This document shows, in pieces, positions 1 to 7,898 of a stretch of DNA of 13,892 nt (positions within the stretch are counted from its first letter, which is position 1; each line of letters starts with the position of its first letter). The position numbers were made by a program, and so were the translations under genes. Origin of the DNA: a bacterium (GTDB taxonomy: Bacteria > DUMJ01). The DNA lies in assembly GCA_049970495.1 (NCBI GenBank), contig JBMFMV010000053.1:1-13892 (forward strand), written 5' to 3'. The notes beneath the pieces were generated by a model that saw only the letters and a program-made list of their open reading frames with translations, searched no databases and was not told the DNA's origin.

Positions 1-358
1 CTCTTTTTGGTCTAAGAGGATAAGCCTGTATAACATGAGCATCTATAAATTTCTGTTTTAGTTCTTTAGCTGCAGCAACTCTATGGTGTCCATCCAATAC
101 ATAGTACTCATCTCTTATCTTGTAGACCTCTATAGGAGGGATAGTTTCGCCATTTTCCATAATCTTTTTTATATTTAGGTATCTCTCTGTAGGTCTTTTC
201 CACTTAAATCTGAAGTTTGCATCTAAGTCTTGGGATCTTCCAACAGATCCAATAATCTTGTCAACTTCTATAGGATGAATCCCTATATCCCTTGTCTTTA
301 GATAACCTAAGCCGCCATACTCTTCCTGTAGGGATTTTATATTCCTTATCCTTTTCAT
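1..358 (-). CDS. ParB/sulfiredoxin N-terminal-domain protein (possibly DUF4032-like); 5' part only, runs off the window edge
   Basis: Not in the ORF track. ATG at 358 preceded by GGAGGTG (365-371). Manual translation is open to position 1: MKRIRNIKSLQEEYGGLGYLKTRDIGIHPIEVDKIIGSVGRSQDLDANFRFKWKRPTERYLNIKKIMENGETIPPIEVYKIRDEYYVLDGHHRVAAAKELKQKFIDAHV... It contains the ParB/Srx signature PPIxV...YYVLDGHHRV and an IxGSVGR motif. Confidence 0.85.
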   Translation of the reverse strand, partial: MKRIRNIKSLQEEYGGLGYLKTRDIGIHPIEVDKIIGSVGRSQDLDANFRFKWKRPTERYLNIKKIMENGETIPPIEVYKIRDEYYVLDGHHRVAAAKELKQKFIDAHVIQAYPLRPKR

Positions 359-395
359 TTCTATCACCTCCACTTAAATCCTACAGGAAGAGTAT
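317..395. repeat. 20-bp inverted repeat (one 1-nt bulge) enclosing the RBS and start codon of the ParB/Srx-domain gene
   Basis: Arm 317-337 is atactcttcctgtagggattt. Arm 376-395 is aaatcctacaggaagagtat, whose reverse complement is atactcttcctgtaggattt. The arms are identical except for one extra g. The 38-nt spacer (338-375) holds GGAGGTG and ATG. Confidence 0.9.
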
Positions 396-452
396 TAAAC
401 GATATTTAATAAAGGTTTAAGATTGGATTAATTTATGTTTAAGATAGATTAA
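395..452 (-). promoter_or_regulatory. Helically phased direct-repeat array, candidate OmpR/PhoP-family (Pho-box-like) binding site
   Basis: TTAA begins at 395, 406, 417, 428, 439 and 449 (spacings 11,11,11,11,10). Minus-strand units are TTAATC, TTAAAC, TTAATC, TTAAAC, TTAAAT, TTAATA. A longer repeat, gtttaagat(tg/a)gattaa, occurs at 415-431 and 437-452. Regulator identity is inferred only. Confidence 0.55.
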
Positions 453-461
453 AGATTTTTC

Positions 462-1931
462 CTATATTATTATAATACCCTTTCTTTTATTGGTATAAGC
501 ATCTTTTTCTATAACAATACTACCATTGAGGATTACATATTCTATTCCTACCGGATATCTGAATGGATCATCGTAGTCTGCCTTATCAACAATCCTTTCA
601 GGATCAAAGATAACAATATCTGCATAGGCTCCTTCCTTTATTATCCCCCTATCTGTAAGTCCGATTTTCTTAGCAGGGAGATATGTCATCTTTGATACTG
701 CCTCTTCTAATGATAAGACTTTAAGTTCTCTAACATATCTGCCTAAGATCCTAGGAAATGTTCCGAATGAACGTGGATGAGTCTTATCTTCCTCGCTTCT
801 TTTTCTATAACTAGATCCATCAGAGCCTATAAATGAGTGTTTATATCTTAAGAATGTTCTTATATCATCCTCATTCATCTGAAAACTTATAACTCTTATT
901 GGCTCATTTTTCTTTAGTAGCTCTAGGGTAAATTCTTCTGGAGATAAGCTTCTTGCTCTTGCCAACTCTAGAATATTATTACCATTTATCTGACCATCTT
1001 TACTGTACTTAGGGATATATATAAGGTCCCAGTCTATATGGTTGTTTTTCAACTCTTCTAAGGCCTCTCTATACTTTTGAGGATTAGATAGGTCCTTGTA
1101 AGAAAGGCTAAAGGGCATAATAGCAATATTCAGCCTTGTCATATAGGCAGTATATGGATATACATCATAAGATATATCGATTCCTCTAGACCTAGCAGAT
1201 TCTATCATTTCGATTACCTTTTCAGATTTTCCCCAATTTCTCTTCTTTTCCGTCTTTATATGTGATATTTGGACAGGAATTCCCGTTGATTCTCCTATCT
1301 TTATCGCTTCTTCCATCGCTGATTCTAGAAAGTCCCCTTCACTCCTAAGGTGTGAAGCATATATTCCTCCCTTCTTATTTACGACTTTTGCTAGTTCTAT
1401 TAACTCCTTAGTAGAAGAGAATATACCTGGCTCATACTCTAGGCCAGTAGAAAAGCCTTTTGCTCCCTCCTCAATAGCAGATTCTAAGAGAAACTTCATT
1501 CTGTTCATCTCTTCCTCTGTTGGTTCTCTCTTCTCATTTCCCATGACCTTACTCCTTATTACTCCATGACCTGCTAGAAATACAAGATTTGTTCCAATTC
1601 CTTTAACCTTTAGCTCTTCTATAAATCTTCTAAGACTGCCCTCTAACATACCCGCATTTATTCCACAGTTCCCAACTACTTGTGTAGTTACCCCTTGCCT
1701 TAATATATTTTCCATATCTGGAAACTCTTTTACTGAAAGATCAGAATGGGAGTGTATGTCTATAAATCCAGGAGCTACTATTAAATTCTTGGCAGATATA
1801 TTTACTGCGGCAGACTCCTCTATCTTGCCTATTTTTACTATCCTATCTCCTTTTATCCCTATATCACAGGAGTATCTAGTCTTGCCAGTTCCGTCAATTA
1901 CTGTCCCTTCCTTTATAGCTATATCTAAAAT
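462..1931 (-). CDS. N-acyl-D-amino-acid deacylase (D-aminoacylase, amidohydrolase superfamily); probable non-canonical ATT start
   Basis: The ORF-track frame (462-1715) stays open upstream to a TGA at 1938-1940. From ATT at 1931 this adds (I)LDIAIKEGTVIDGTG...DIGIKGDRI...APGFIDIHSHSD. Metal/catalytic motifs HSH (1746-1754), GNCG, ASHLR, ISHIK and GSDG are present, plus HPRSFGTFPR and GAYADIVIFD. The product call is firm; the exact start is less so. Confidence 0.88.
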   Translation of the reverse strand: MLDIAIKEGTVIDGTGKTRYSCDIGIKGDRIVKIGKIEESAAVNISAKNLIVAPGFIDIHSHSDLSVKEFPDMENILRQGVTTQVVGNCGINAGMLEGSLRRFIEELKVKGIGTNLVFLAGHGVIRSKVMGNEKREPTEEEMNRMKFLLESAIEEGAKGFSTGLEYEPGIFSSTKELIELAKVVNKKGGIYASHLRSEGDFLESAMEEAIKIGESTGIPVQISHIKTEKKRNWGKSEKVIEMIESARSRGIDISYDVYPYTAYMTRLNIAIMPFSLSYKDLSNPQKYREALEELKNNHIDWDLIYIPKYSKDGQINGNNILELARARSLSPEEFTLELLKKNEPIRVISFQMNEDDIRTFLRYKHSFIGSDGSSYRKRSEEDKTHPRSFGTFPRILGRYVRELKVLSLEEAVSKMTYLPAKKIGLTDRGIIKEGAYADIVIFDPERIVDKADYDDPFRYPVGIEYVILNGSIVIEKDAYTNKRKGIIII

Positions 1932-1933
1932 CT

Positions 1934-2695
1934 TTACTCACCTTCCTTTATCTCTTCCCAAAGTTTATCCATCTCACTTAATGAGAGTTTTTCAAGAGAT
2001 ATATTTCTCCTTTTAGCCAATTCTTCCATCTGATTAAATCTGCTTATGAATTTTCTCACCGTATCTCTAAGTGCAGACTCTGAATCTACCCCTAATAGTC
2101 TAGCAGTATTTACCACAGAGAATAGAAGGTCTCCTATTTCCTCTTTAACATTTCCACCGGTAGTTATCGCATTATCTAATTCCCTTAGCTCTTCTTCAAT
2201 CTTTTCTCTAGGACCTCTATAATCTTCCCAATCAAAACCTACTCTTCTGGCTTTCTCTTGCACCTTATTTGCCAAGACAAGGGCGGGTAAACTCAGTGGC
2301 ACCTCCATAGTTCCCTTATTTTCCTCTCTTTTTATCTTTTCCCAATTTGCTAAAGCCTCATCTGAGCTTTTTACTTTTATATCACCAAATACATGGGGAT
2401 GTCTATTTATCAGTTTCTCTATTATCTTATCTACCACATCTTCAAGTACGAAAAGACCCTCCTGCTCAGCTACTATAGTTATAAAGAATATATTGAACAA
2501 TAGGTCTCCCAATTCTTCTTTTAGATGTATATAATTTTCCCCTTCTATCGCATCTATTACTTCATAGGCTTCCTCTCTTAAAGTATATTTAAGAGAGTCA
2601 AAATTTTGCTCCGCATCCCAAGGGCATTTCTCTCTTAATATTTTACCTATCCTAAGTAGCTCTTCTAGTTTCTCTCCTAGAGTCTTTTTATCCAA
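1934..2695 (-). CDS. mazG: Nucleoside triphosphate pyrophosphohydrolase MazG (tandem-domain form, no N-terminal YabN-type extension)
   Basis: CPWDAEQ, EEAYEV, EELGDLL, KLINRHPHVFG, RVGFDW and a second EEIGDLLF motif. TTG start with GGAGG at 2705-2709. 8-bp overlap with the mfd stop. Confidence 0.95.
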   Translation of the reverse strand: MDKKTLGEKLEELLRIGKILREKCPWDAEQNFDSLKYTLREEAYEVIDAIEGENYIHLKEELGDLLFNIFFITIVAEQEGLFVLEDVVDKIIEKLINRHPHVFGDIKVKSSDEALANWEKIKREENKGTMEVPLSLPALVLANKVQEKARRVGFDWEDYRGPREKIEEELRELDNAITTGGNVKEEIGDLLFSVVNTARLLGVDSESALRDTVRKFISRFNQMEELAKRRNISLEKLSLSEMDKLWEEIKEGE

Positions 2696-5690
2696 GACTA
2701 AGCGCCTCCTTTATCTTTATTAACTTCCTATTCTTTTCTTCCCACCATCTTATGGTCCAACTCTCCTCGTTTATCCTTTTAAGAGTACCAAATCTTTCTA
2801 GATTTTTAATAGTATTCCCGTTATTACTAGTATCTCTAAGAACTATTAATATCTTATCATCTGTGATTGATAGTTTCTTTATATTTCTCCTTTCTGCTAG
2901 AATCCTTACTACTGTTATGTTTAGGAGATTTTCTACCTCTTTAGGGATCCTTCCAAATCTGTCTAATAATTCTTCTTTTATCTCCTCTATCTCCTTTGGA
3001 GAAGATGCAAGAGATAGTCTTCTGTAGATCTCTAGTTTATACGGTGGAGATATATATGAATCTGGGATAATAGCTGGGATAGAGACTTCTACAACTGTTG
3101 GTTCTAACCTCCACTTTACGGGTTCTCCTCTAAGTTCTCTTACCGCATCTTCTAACATCTTTAGATACATATCAAATCCTACTGCTATTATATGTCCATG
3201 CTGTTCTTTACCCAAGAGATTCCCTAATCCTCTTATCTCCAAATCCCTCATAGCAATATTGAAACCAGACCCTAAGATACTATTTTCGTATATTGCCCTT
3301 AACCTCTCTTCTCCTTCAGGGGTGAGCTTTTTACTGTGAAATATATATGCATAGGCTCTTTTACCCGTCCTCCCTATTCTACCCCTTAATTGATAAAGTT
3401 GGGCTAAACCAAACTTTTCTCCTTCTTCTATGATAAGTGTATTAGCATTAGGAATATCTATTCCACTTTCGATTATAGCCGTTGATATAAGTAACCTTCT
3501 TTCGCCTCTATAGAATCTCCAAAACTTTTCCTCTACTTCCTCTTCGTCCATAGTCCCATAGAGTACATCTATACTTAATTCTGGAAACATATTTTTTAAT
3601 TTAAACTCAAGTTCTTTTACACCACTAATCTTTGGATGTATGTAGAAGATCTGTCCGTCCCTAGCTAATTCCCTCTCTATTGCAGATCTTACTATCTTCT
3701 CGTCGTATTCCCCTACATAGGTGGTTATTGGTATTCTACCTTCCGGCGGAGTCTCTATTATACCAATCTCTTTCAATCCATATAATGACATAGATAATGT
3801 CCTAGGGATAGGTGTAGCAGACAATGTAAGTACATCTATAAGAGGGAATAATTCCTTAAATCTCTCCTTTTGTTCTACTCCAAATTTATGTTCCTCATCT
3901 ATTACAAGAAGCCCTAGGTCTTTAAACCTTATATCTTTCCCAAGTATTTTGTGCGTACCTATAACTATATCTATGCTTCCATTCTCTAATCCTGCTTTGA
4001 TCTTTCGTACATCTTTTGCAGGGGTAAATCTTGAAAGCATAGCAATGTTTACTGGAAATGTGGAAAATCTCTCTCTAAAGGTCTCATAGTGTTGGTGTGC
4101 TAATATAGTAGTTGGGACAAGGATTGCTACTTGTTTACCATTTAAGACTGCCCTAAATGCAGCCCTTATAGCTACCTCGGTCTTTCCATATCCAGGATCT
4201 CCACATACTAAAAAATCCATTGGCCTAGGTCTTTCCATACTCTTTTTTACCCTTTCTATAATTTCTCTTTGGTCTGGAGTTTCCTCATAGGGGAAACTTT
4301 CTTCTAATAACTTTTCCATCTCTGGATATGGTTTGAACGATATACCTGGCATAGTTTCTCTCTTAGCATTTATCTCTATTAGTTTTTTTGCAACGTCTTT
4401 TACATCCCTCTCTATCTTGTTCTTTATCCTTGTCCATTCTGGACTTTTTAATCTATGTATAGGAGGAGGGGTATCATCAAAACTCCTATATTTATCAAGC
4501 CTGCCAGCCTGTTCTACAGGAACCAGTAATCTGTCTTTTTCGGCAAATTCAAGAACTATAAATTCTCTTGGGGTTTTTTCTATAAGTTGTGTTTCTAAGC
4601 CGACAAATCTACCAATTCCATGGTATGGATGTACAACATAATCTCCTATCTCAAATGGAAGCTCTCTTATACCCTCTATAGGGGATGAAAATACAGGAGC
4701 GAATTCAAAGTTGAATAGTTCTTTATCTGATAGTATTATCAGTTTAGAAGAAGGTATTATAATCCCACCTGATAGTTTTTTCCTGTAAAAATTTATATTT
4801 CTATAAGTCCTTATAAGAGACTGTAATCTCTTAGCCTGTACAGTATAGATATATATTTTATAACCACTCTTACTCTGTAAATCTATATACCTTTTTATCT
4901 CGTCAATATTTCCCGAAAAAGAAGGAGGGGCCTCTCCCTTTATATCTTCTCCTATTTTTATCTTTAAGTTCCTTAATGGTATATCAAAACCGGAAGAGAA
5001 TATTATGAATAGTGTCTCAGGAGAAACTGATTCTTCTATTCCCGATTTAACCTCTACTGGATTTACTGGGATAATGTTTATGGGTGGTTCAATCTCCCCA
5101 GTAGACCTTTGGGTTAAAGTATTGAATTTTCTAATACTATTTATCTCATCACCTAAAAAATCTAGTCTTATAGGATGATTCAGATTTACAGGGTAGATAT
5201 CTATTATTCCTCCCCTAACAGAAAACTCCCCGCGCCTTTCTACCATAAAGACCCTTTTATACCCAAAATGGGTAAGTCTATCAATAATATAATCCCAATT
5301 ACTCTCCTTAGTAACTGTTAAGGAAAGTCCTATGGCAGGGAAATTTCTTATGCTTTCTGGTGTAGAAACTAAAACGGAGAATTCTCCCCTAACAAATCCT
5401 CCAGCTAAGCTAGCCCTTCTCCAATTATTCTCTCTGTCTATAGGGTCATAAGGTAAATAGGTTGTATCTATGTCAAATATTGATTTTATGTCATTTGCTA
5501 TTTTTATTCCAAGGTCTTCATCATCTACAACTACCACAATAGGTACTTTAAGATTTATTGAGAGGTATCCTGTTAGAAGTGGAATTAGAGAAAAAGAACT
5601 TATCCCTACATATGAAGAGGTACTCTTCCCTACCTCTTCTATCCTAGAAAAAATTCCCTCTTTTGAGAGGATAGATACTATAGGATTCAT
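2688..5690 (-). CDS. mfd: Transcription-repair coupling factor Mfd
   Basis: UvrB-like GEFSVRGGIIDIYP. RNAP-interaction domain GDYVVHPYHGIG. FPYEETPDQ, Walker A GDPGYGKTEVA, DEEH, SATPIPRTL, QLRGRIGR, TRG motif IAMRDLEIRGLGNLLGKEQHG, and C-terminal ELLDRFG. ATGA overlap with pth. Confidence 0.97.
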   Translation of the reverse strand: MNPIVSILSKEGIFSRIEEVGKSTSSYVGISSFSLIPLLTGYLSINLKVPIVVVVDDEDLGIKIANDIKSIFDIDTTYLPYDPIDRENNWRRASLAGGFVRGEFSVLVSTPESIRNFPAIGLSLTVTKESNWDYIIDRLTHFGYKRVFMVERRGEFSVRGGIIDIYPVNLNHPIRLDFLGDEINSIRKFNTLTQRSTGEIEPPINIIPVNPVEVKSGIEESVSPETLFIIFSSGFDIPLRNLKIKIGEDIKGEAPPSFSGNIDEIKRYIDLQSKSGYKIYIYTVQAKRLQSLIRTYRNINFYRKKLSGGIIIPSSKLIILSDKELFNFEFAPVFSSPIEGIRELPFEIGDYVVHPYHGIGRFVGLETQLIEKTPREFIVLEFAEKDRLLVPVEQAGRLDKYRSFDDTPPPIHRLKSPEWTRIKNKIERDVKDVAKKLIEINAKRETMPGISFKPYPEMEKLLEESFPYEETPDQREIIERVKKSMERPRPMDFLVCGDPGYGKTEVAIRAAFRAVLNGKQVAILVPTTILAHQHYETFRERFSTFPVNIAMLSRFTPAKDVRKIKAGLENGSIDIVIGTHKILGKDIRFKDLGLLVIDEEHKFGVEQKERFKELFPLIDVLTLSATPIPRTLSMSLYGLKEIGIIETPPEGRIPITTYVGEYDEKIVRSAIERELARDGQIFYIHPKISGVKELEFKLKNMFPELSIDVLYGTMDEEEVEEKFWRFYRGERRLLISTAIIESGIDIPNANTLIIEEGEKFGLAQLYQLRGRIGRTGKRAYAYIFHSKKLTPEGEERLRAIYENSILGSGFNIAMRDLEIRGLGNLLGKEQHGHIIAVGFDMYLKMLEDAVRELRGEPVKWRLEPTVVEVSIPAIIPDSYISPPYKLEIYRRLSLASSPKEIEEIKEELLDRFGRIPKEVENLLNITVVRILAERRNIKKLSITDDKILIVLRDTSNNGNTIKNLERFGTLKRINEESWTIRWWEEKNRKLIKIKEALSLG

Positions 5691-6256
5691 TCCTTTATTC
5701 TTCTATTATATCTATTCATCGCCTTTTCTATATCTTTTACTATTATTGGTAATCCCTCGAGGGTGAATTCTATAGTTTCTTCTAAAGTTTTTAGTTCCTC
5801 CTCAGAAAATTCTGAAAGTACAAAGTCTACACTACTTGCCCCCTCCGGTAGAGGCCCTATCCCTATTCTCAGTCTAGGAATATCCTCGGTTCCCAGAGAA
5901 TCTATTATGGATTGCATTCCATTATGCCCTCCGCTAGAGCCTTTTATCCTAATCCTTATACTTCCAAGCGGAATCCATAAATCATCATATACTACAAGGA
6001 TTTCTTTTGATAAGATAGAAAACCTCTCAATAATTGGTGGAATCGCTTCTCCGCTTCTATTCATATAAGTAAAGGGCTTTAAGATAAGGACTTCATCTCC
6101 ATCTATAGATATTTTCCCTAAAATCCCCTTGCCTGTCTCTTCTACCCACTCTCCCCATCTTGAGACGATAGAATCTACGAATATAAAACCAGCATTATGC
6201 CTGGTACGAGCAAATTTAAAACCGGGATTTCCTAAACCGACTATAAGTCTTATCAT
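5687..6256 (-). CDS. pth: Peptidyl-tRNA hydrolase
   Basis: LIVGLGNPG, TRHNAG, KPFTYMNRSG, VYDDL, GSSGGHNG and RLRIGIG motifs. Conserved position between rplY and mfd. Confidence 0.97.
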   Translation of the reverse strand: MIRLIVGLGNPGFKFARTRHNAGFIFVDSIVSRWGEWVEETGKGILGKISIDGDEVLILKPFTYMNRSGEAIPPIIERFSILSKEILVVYDDLWIPLGSIRIRIKGSSGGHNGMQSIIDSLGTEDIPRLRIGIGPLPEGASSVDFVLSEFSEEELKTLEETIEFTLEGLPIIVKDIEKAMNRYNRRIKE

Positions 6257-6265
6257 AGAATTATT

Positions 6266-6307
6266 AATAAATAACAGGCGATGAGTAATAACTACCCATC
6301 ACCTGTT
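6266..6307 (-). terminator. Intrinsic terminator-like hairpin between rplY and pth
   Basis: Minus-strand RNA AACAGGUGAUGGGUA-GUUAU-UACUCAUCGCCUGUU forms a 15-bp stem, fully paired with two G-U wobbles (these would be A-C mismatches on the other strand). It runs into UUAUUUAUU. Confidence 0.7.
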
Positions 6308-6321
6308 TAAGTCTATTAACC

Positions 6322-6945
6322 TTAACTTTCCTCTTTAGCTCCCTCTTGGGGCTGTGCCTCTTCTGTTGGTGCCTCTTCAGCCTCTGGAGCAACTACTGTA
6401 ACAATAACCTCATCCTCTGGTGTAACAACTGTTACCCCTTCGGGTACTAATAGGTCCCGTACATGTATACTGTCACCTATATTAAGATTACTTATATCTA
6501 CCTCTATGTGTGGTGGTAGATTCATTGGTAAGCATCTGATATCTATCTCTTCTAGTACTAACTCTAATATTCCTCCTGCTTTTGTCCCTACCGCTTCTCC
6601 TTTTAACACGATGGGGACGGTGGCTTCAATTTCTTCCTCTAAGCTTATACCATGCCAATCTACATGAATTACATTTAGTTTATATGGGTGGTATTGGATA
6701 TCTTGAAGTATTGCATACTCTTTTCTTGTCTCTCCATCCTGTATGTTTAAAGTAAAGAGTACACCTCTACCTCCTTCAGTAGAGCTTAGAACTTTGAGTA
6801 AATCTTTCTCAGGTATCATAAGGCATATCGGTTCTTCTAAATGCTTACCATATAATATACTAGGGATAAAACCTTGAGCCCTTAATTTTTTTACTTTTTT
6901 ACCTTTTACATCCCTTATAAGCGCGGTAAGTTCTATCTGCTCCAT
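6322..6945 (-). CDS. rplY: 50S ribosomal protein bL25, long (Ctc/TL5) form
   Basis: LRAQGFIPSILYG, DIQYHP...HVDW, VPIVLKGEAVG, PPHIEVDISNLNIGDSIHVRDL and an acidic tail. RBS GGAGGAG at 6951-6957. prs-rplY-pth synteny. Confidence 0.95.
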   Translation of the reverse strand: MEQIELTALIRDVKGKKVKKLRAQGFIPSILYGKHLEEPICLMIPEKDLLKVLSSTEGGRGVLFTLNIQDGETRKEYAILQDIQYHPYKLNVIHVDWHGISLEEEIEATVPIVLKGEAVGTKAGGILELVLEEIDIRCLPMNLPPHIEVDISNLNIGDSIHVRDLLVPEGVTVVTPEDEVIVTVVAPEAEEAPTEEAQPQEGAKEES

Positions 6946-6956
6946 ATAATCTCCTC

Positions 6957-7898
6957 CTATACAAATAGTTCGCTTACTGATCTATTGTTGTGGATTCTAT
7001 CTATAGCCTCAGCAAATAATTTTGCTACTGAGAGTACTTCTATTTTATCACAAAGTTTTTCTTTATCCAACATTATAGTATTGGTTACTATCACCTTCTT
7101 TATACGGCTCGCCTTTATACTTTCTATAGCATTTCCAGAGAATACTGGATGTGTGGCACAGGCATATACTTCTATTGCTCCCTCTTCTAACAATGCATCC
7201 GCTCCCTTTATGAGAGTCCCCCCTGTATCTATCATATCGTCTATCACGATACAGGTCTTTCCTTTCACATCACCTACTATATACATAACTTCTGACTCGT
7301 TTGGAGCAGGTCTTCTCTTATCGATAATAGCTATGGGAAGATGTAGCCTAGATGCAAATGCTCTAGCCCTTGCTACTCCACCTACATCTGGTGAGACCAC
7401 AACTGAGTTTTCCAAGTTTAGATTATTTTTTACATATTCAGCAAGTATTGGGCTTGCTTGGAGGGGGTCTACAGGTATATCAAAGAACCCTTGAATCTGT
7501 CCAGCATGAAGGTCCATAGTAATAACCCTATTGGCTCCTGCTACCGTTATAAGATTTGCCAATAGTTTTGCTGAGATAGGTTCTCTTGGCCTAGTCTTTC
7601 TATCCTGTCTAGCATATGCAAAATAGGGTATAACTGCAGTAATTCTCCCGGCAGAAGCCCTTCTCATCGCATCCATCATAATGAGAAGTTCCATTATGTG
7701 ATGGTCCACGGGATTGCTTAGAGATTGGACTATATAGACATCATAACCTCTTACTGTCTCCTCTATATTTACCCTAGTCTCTCCGTTACTAAATGTAGTA
7801 GCATATCCTTGGCCAAGCGACATCCCTAAATGTTTTGCTATCTCTTCGGCAAGAGGTATATTAGAATTACCAGTAAAGATCTTTATATTGTTACTCAC
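6957..7898 (-). CDS. prs: Ribose-phosphate pyrophosphokinase
   Basis: [36 protein letters not shown] and the PRPP-binding loop [12 protein letters not shown] start with GGAGG RBS. 8-bp overlap with glmU. Confidence 0.98.
   Translation of the reverse strand: MSNNIKIFTGNSNIPLAEEIAKHLGMSLGQGYATTFSNGETRVNIEETVRGYDVYIVQSLSNPVDHHIMELLIMMDAMRRASAGRITAVIPYFAYARQDRKTRPREPISAKLLANLITVAGANRVITMDLHAGQIQGFFDIPVDPLQASPILAEYVKNNLNLENSVVVSPDVGGVARARAFASRLHLPIAIIDKRRPAPNESEVMYIVGDVKGKTCIVIDDMIDTGGTLIKGADALLEEGAIEVYACATHPVFSGNAIESIKASRIKKVIVTNTIMLDKEKLCDKIEVLSVAKLFAEAIDRIHNNRSVSELFV

Noticed and set aside
317..452. Inverted repeat or phased repeats as a MITE, IS end, CRISPR array or terminator
   Set aside because: One arm is in-frame coding sequence and no target-site duplication or transposase is evident. 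The phased units are only 4-6 bp with no spacer structure, and a 38-nt loop without a U-tract is not an intrinsic terminator.
462..1715. ORF-track start of the deacylase at ATG 1715
   Set aside because: It would omit the conserved N-terminal region and the HxH metal-binding motif, which are intact and in frame upstream.
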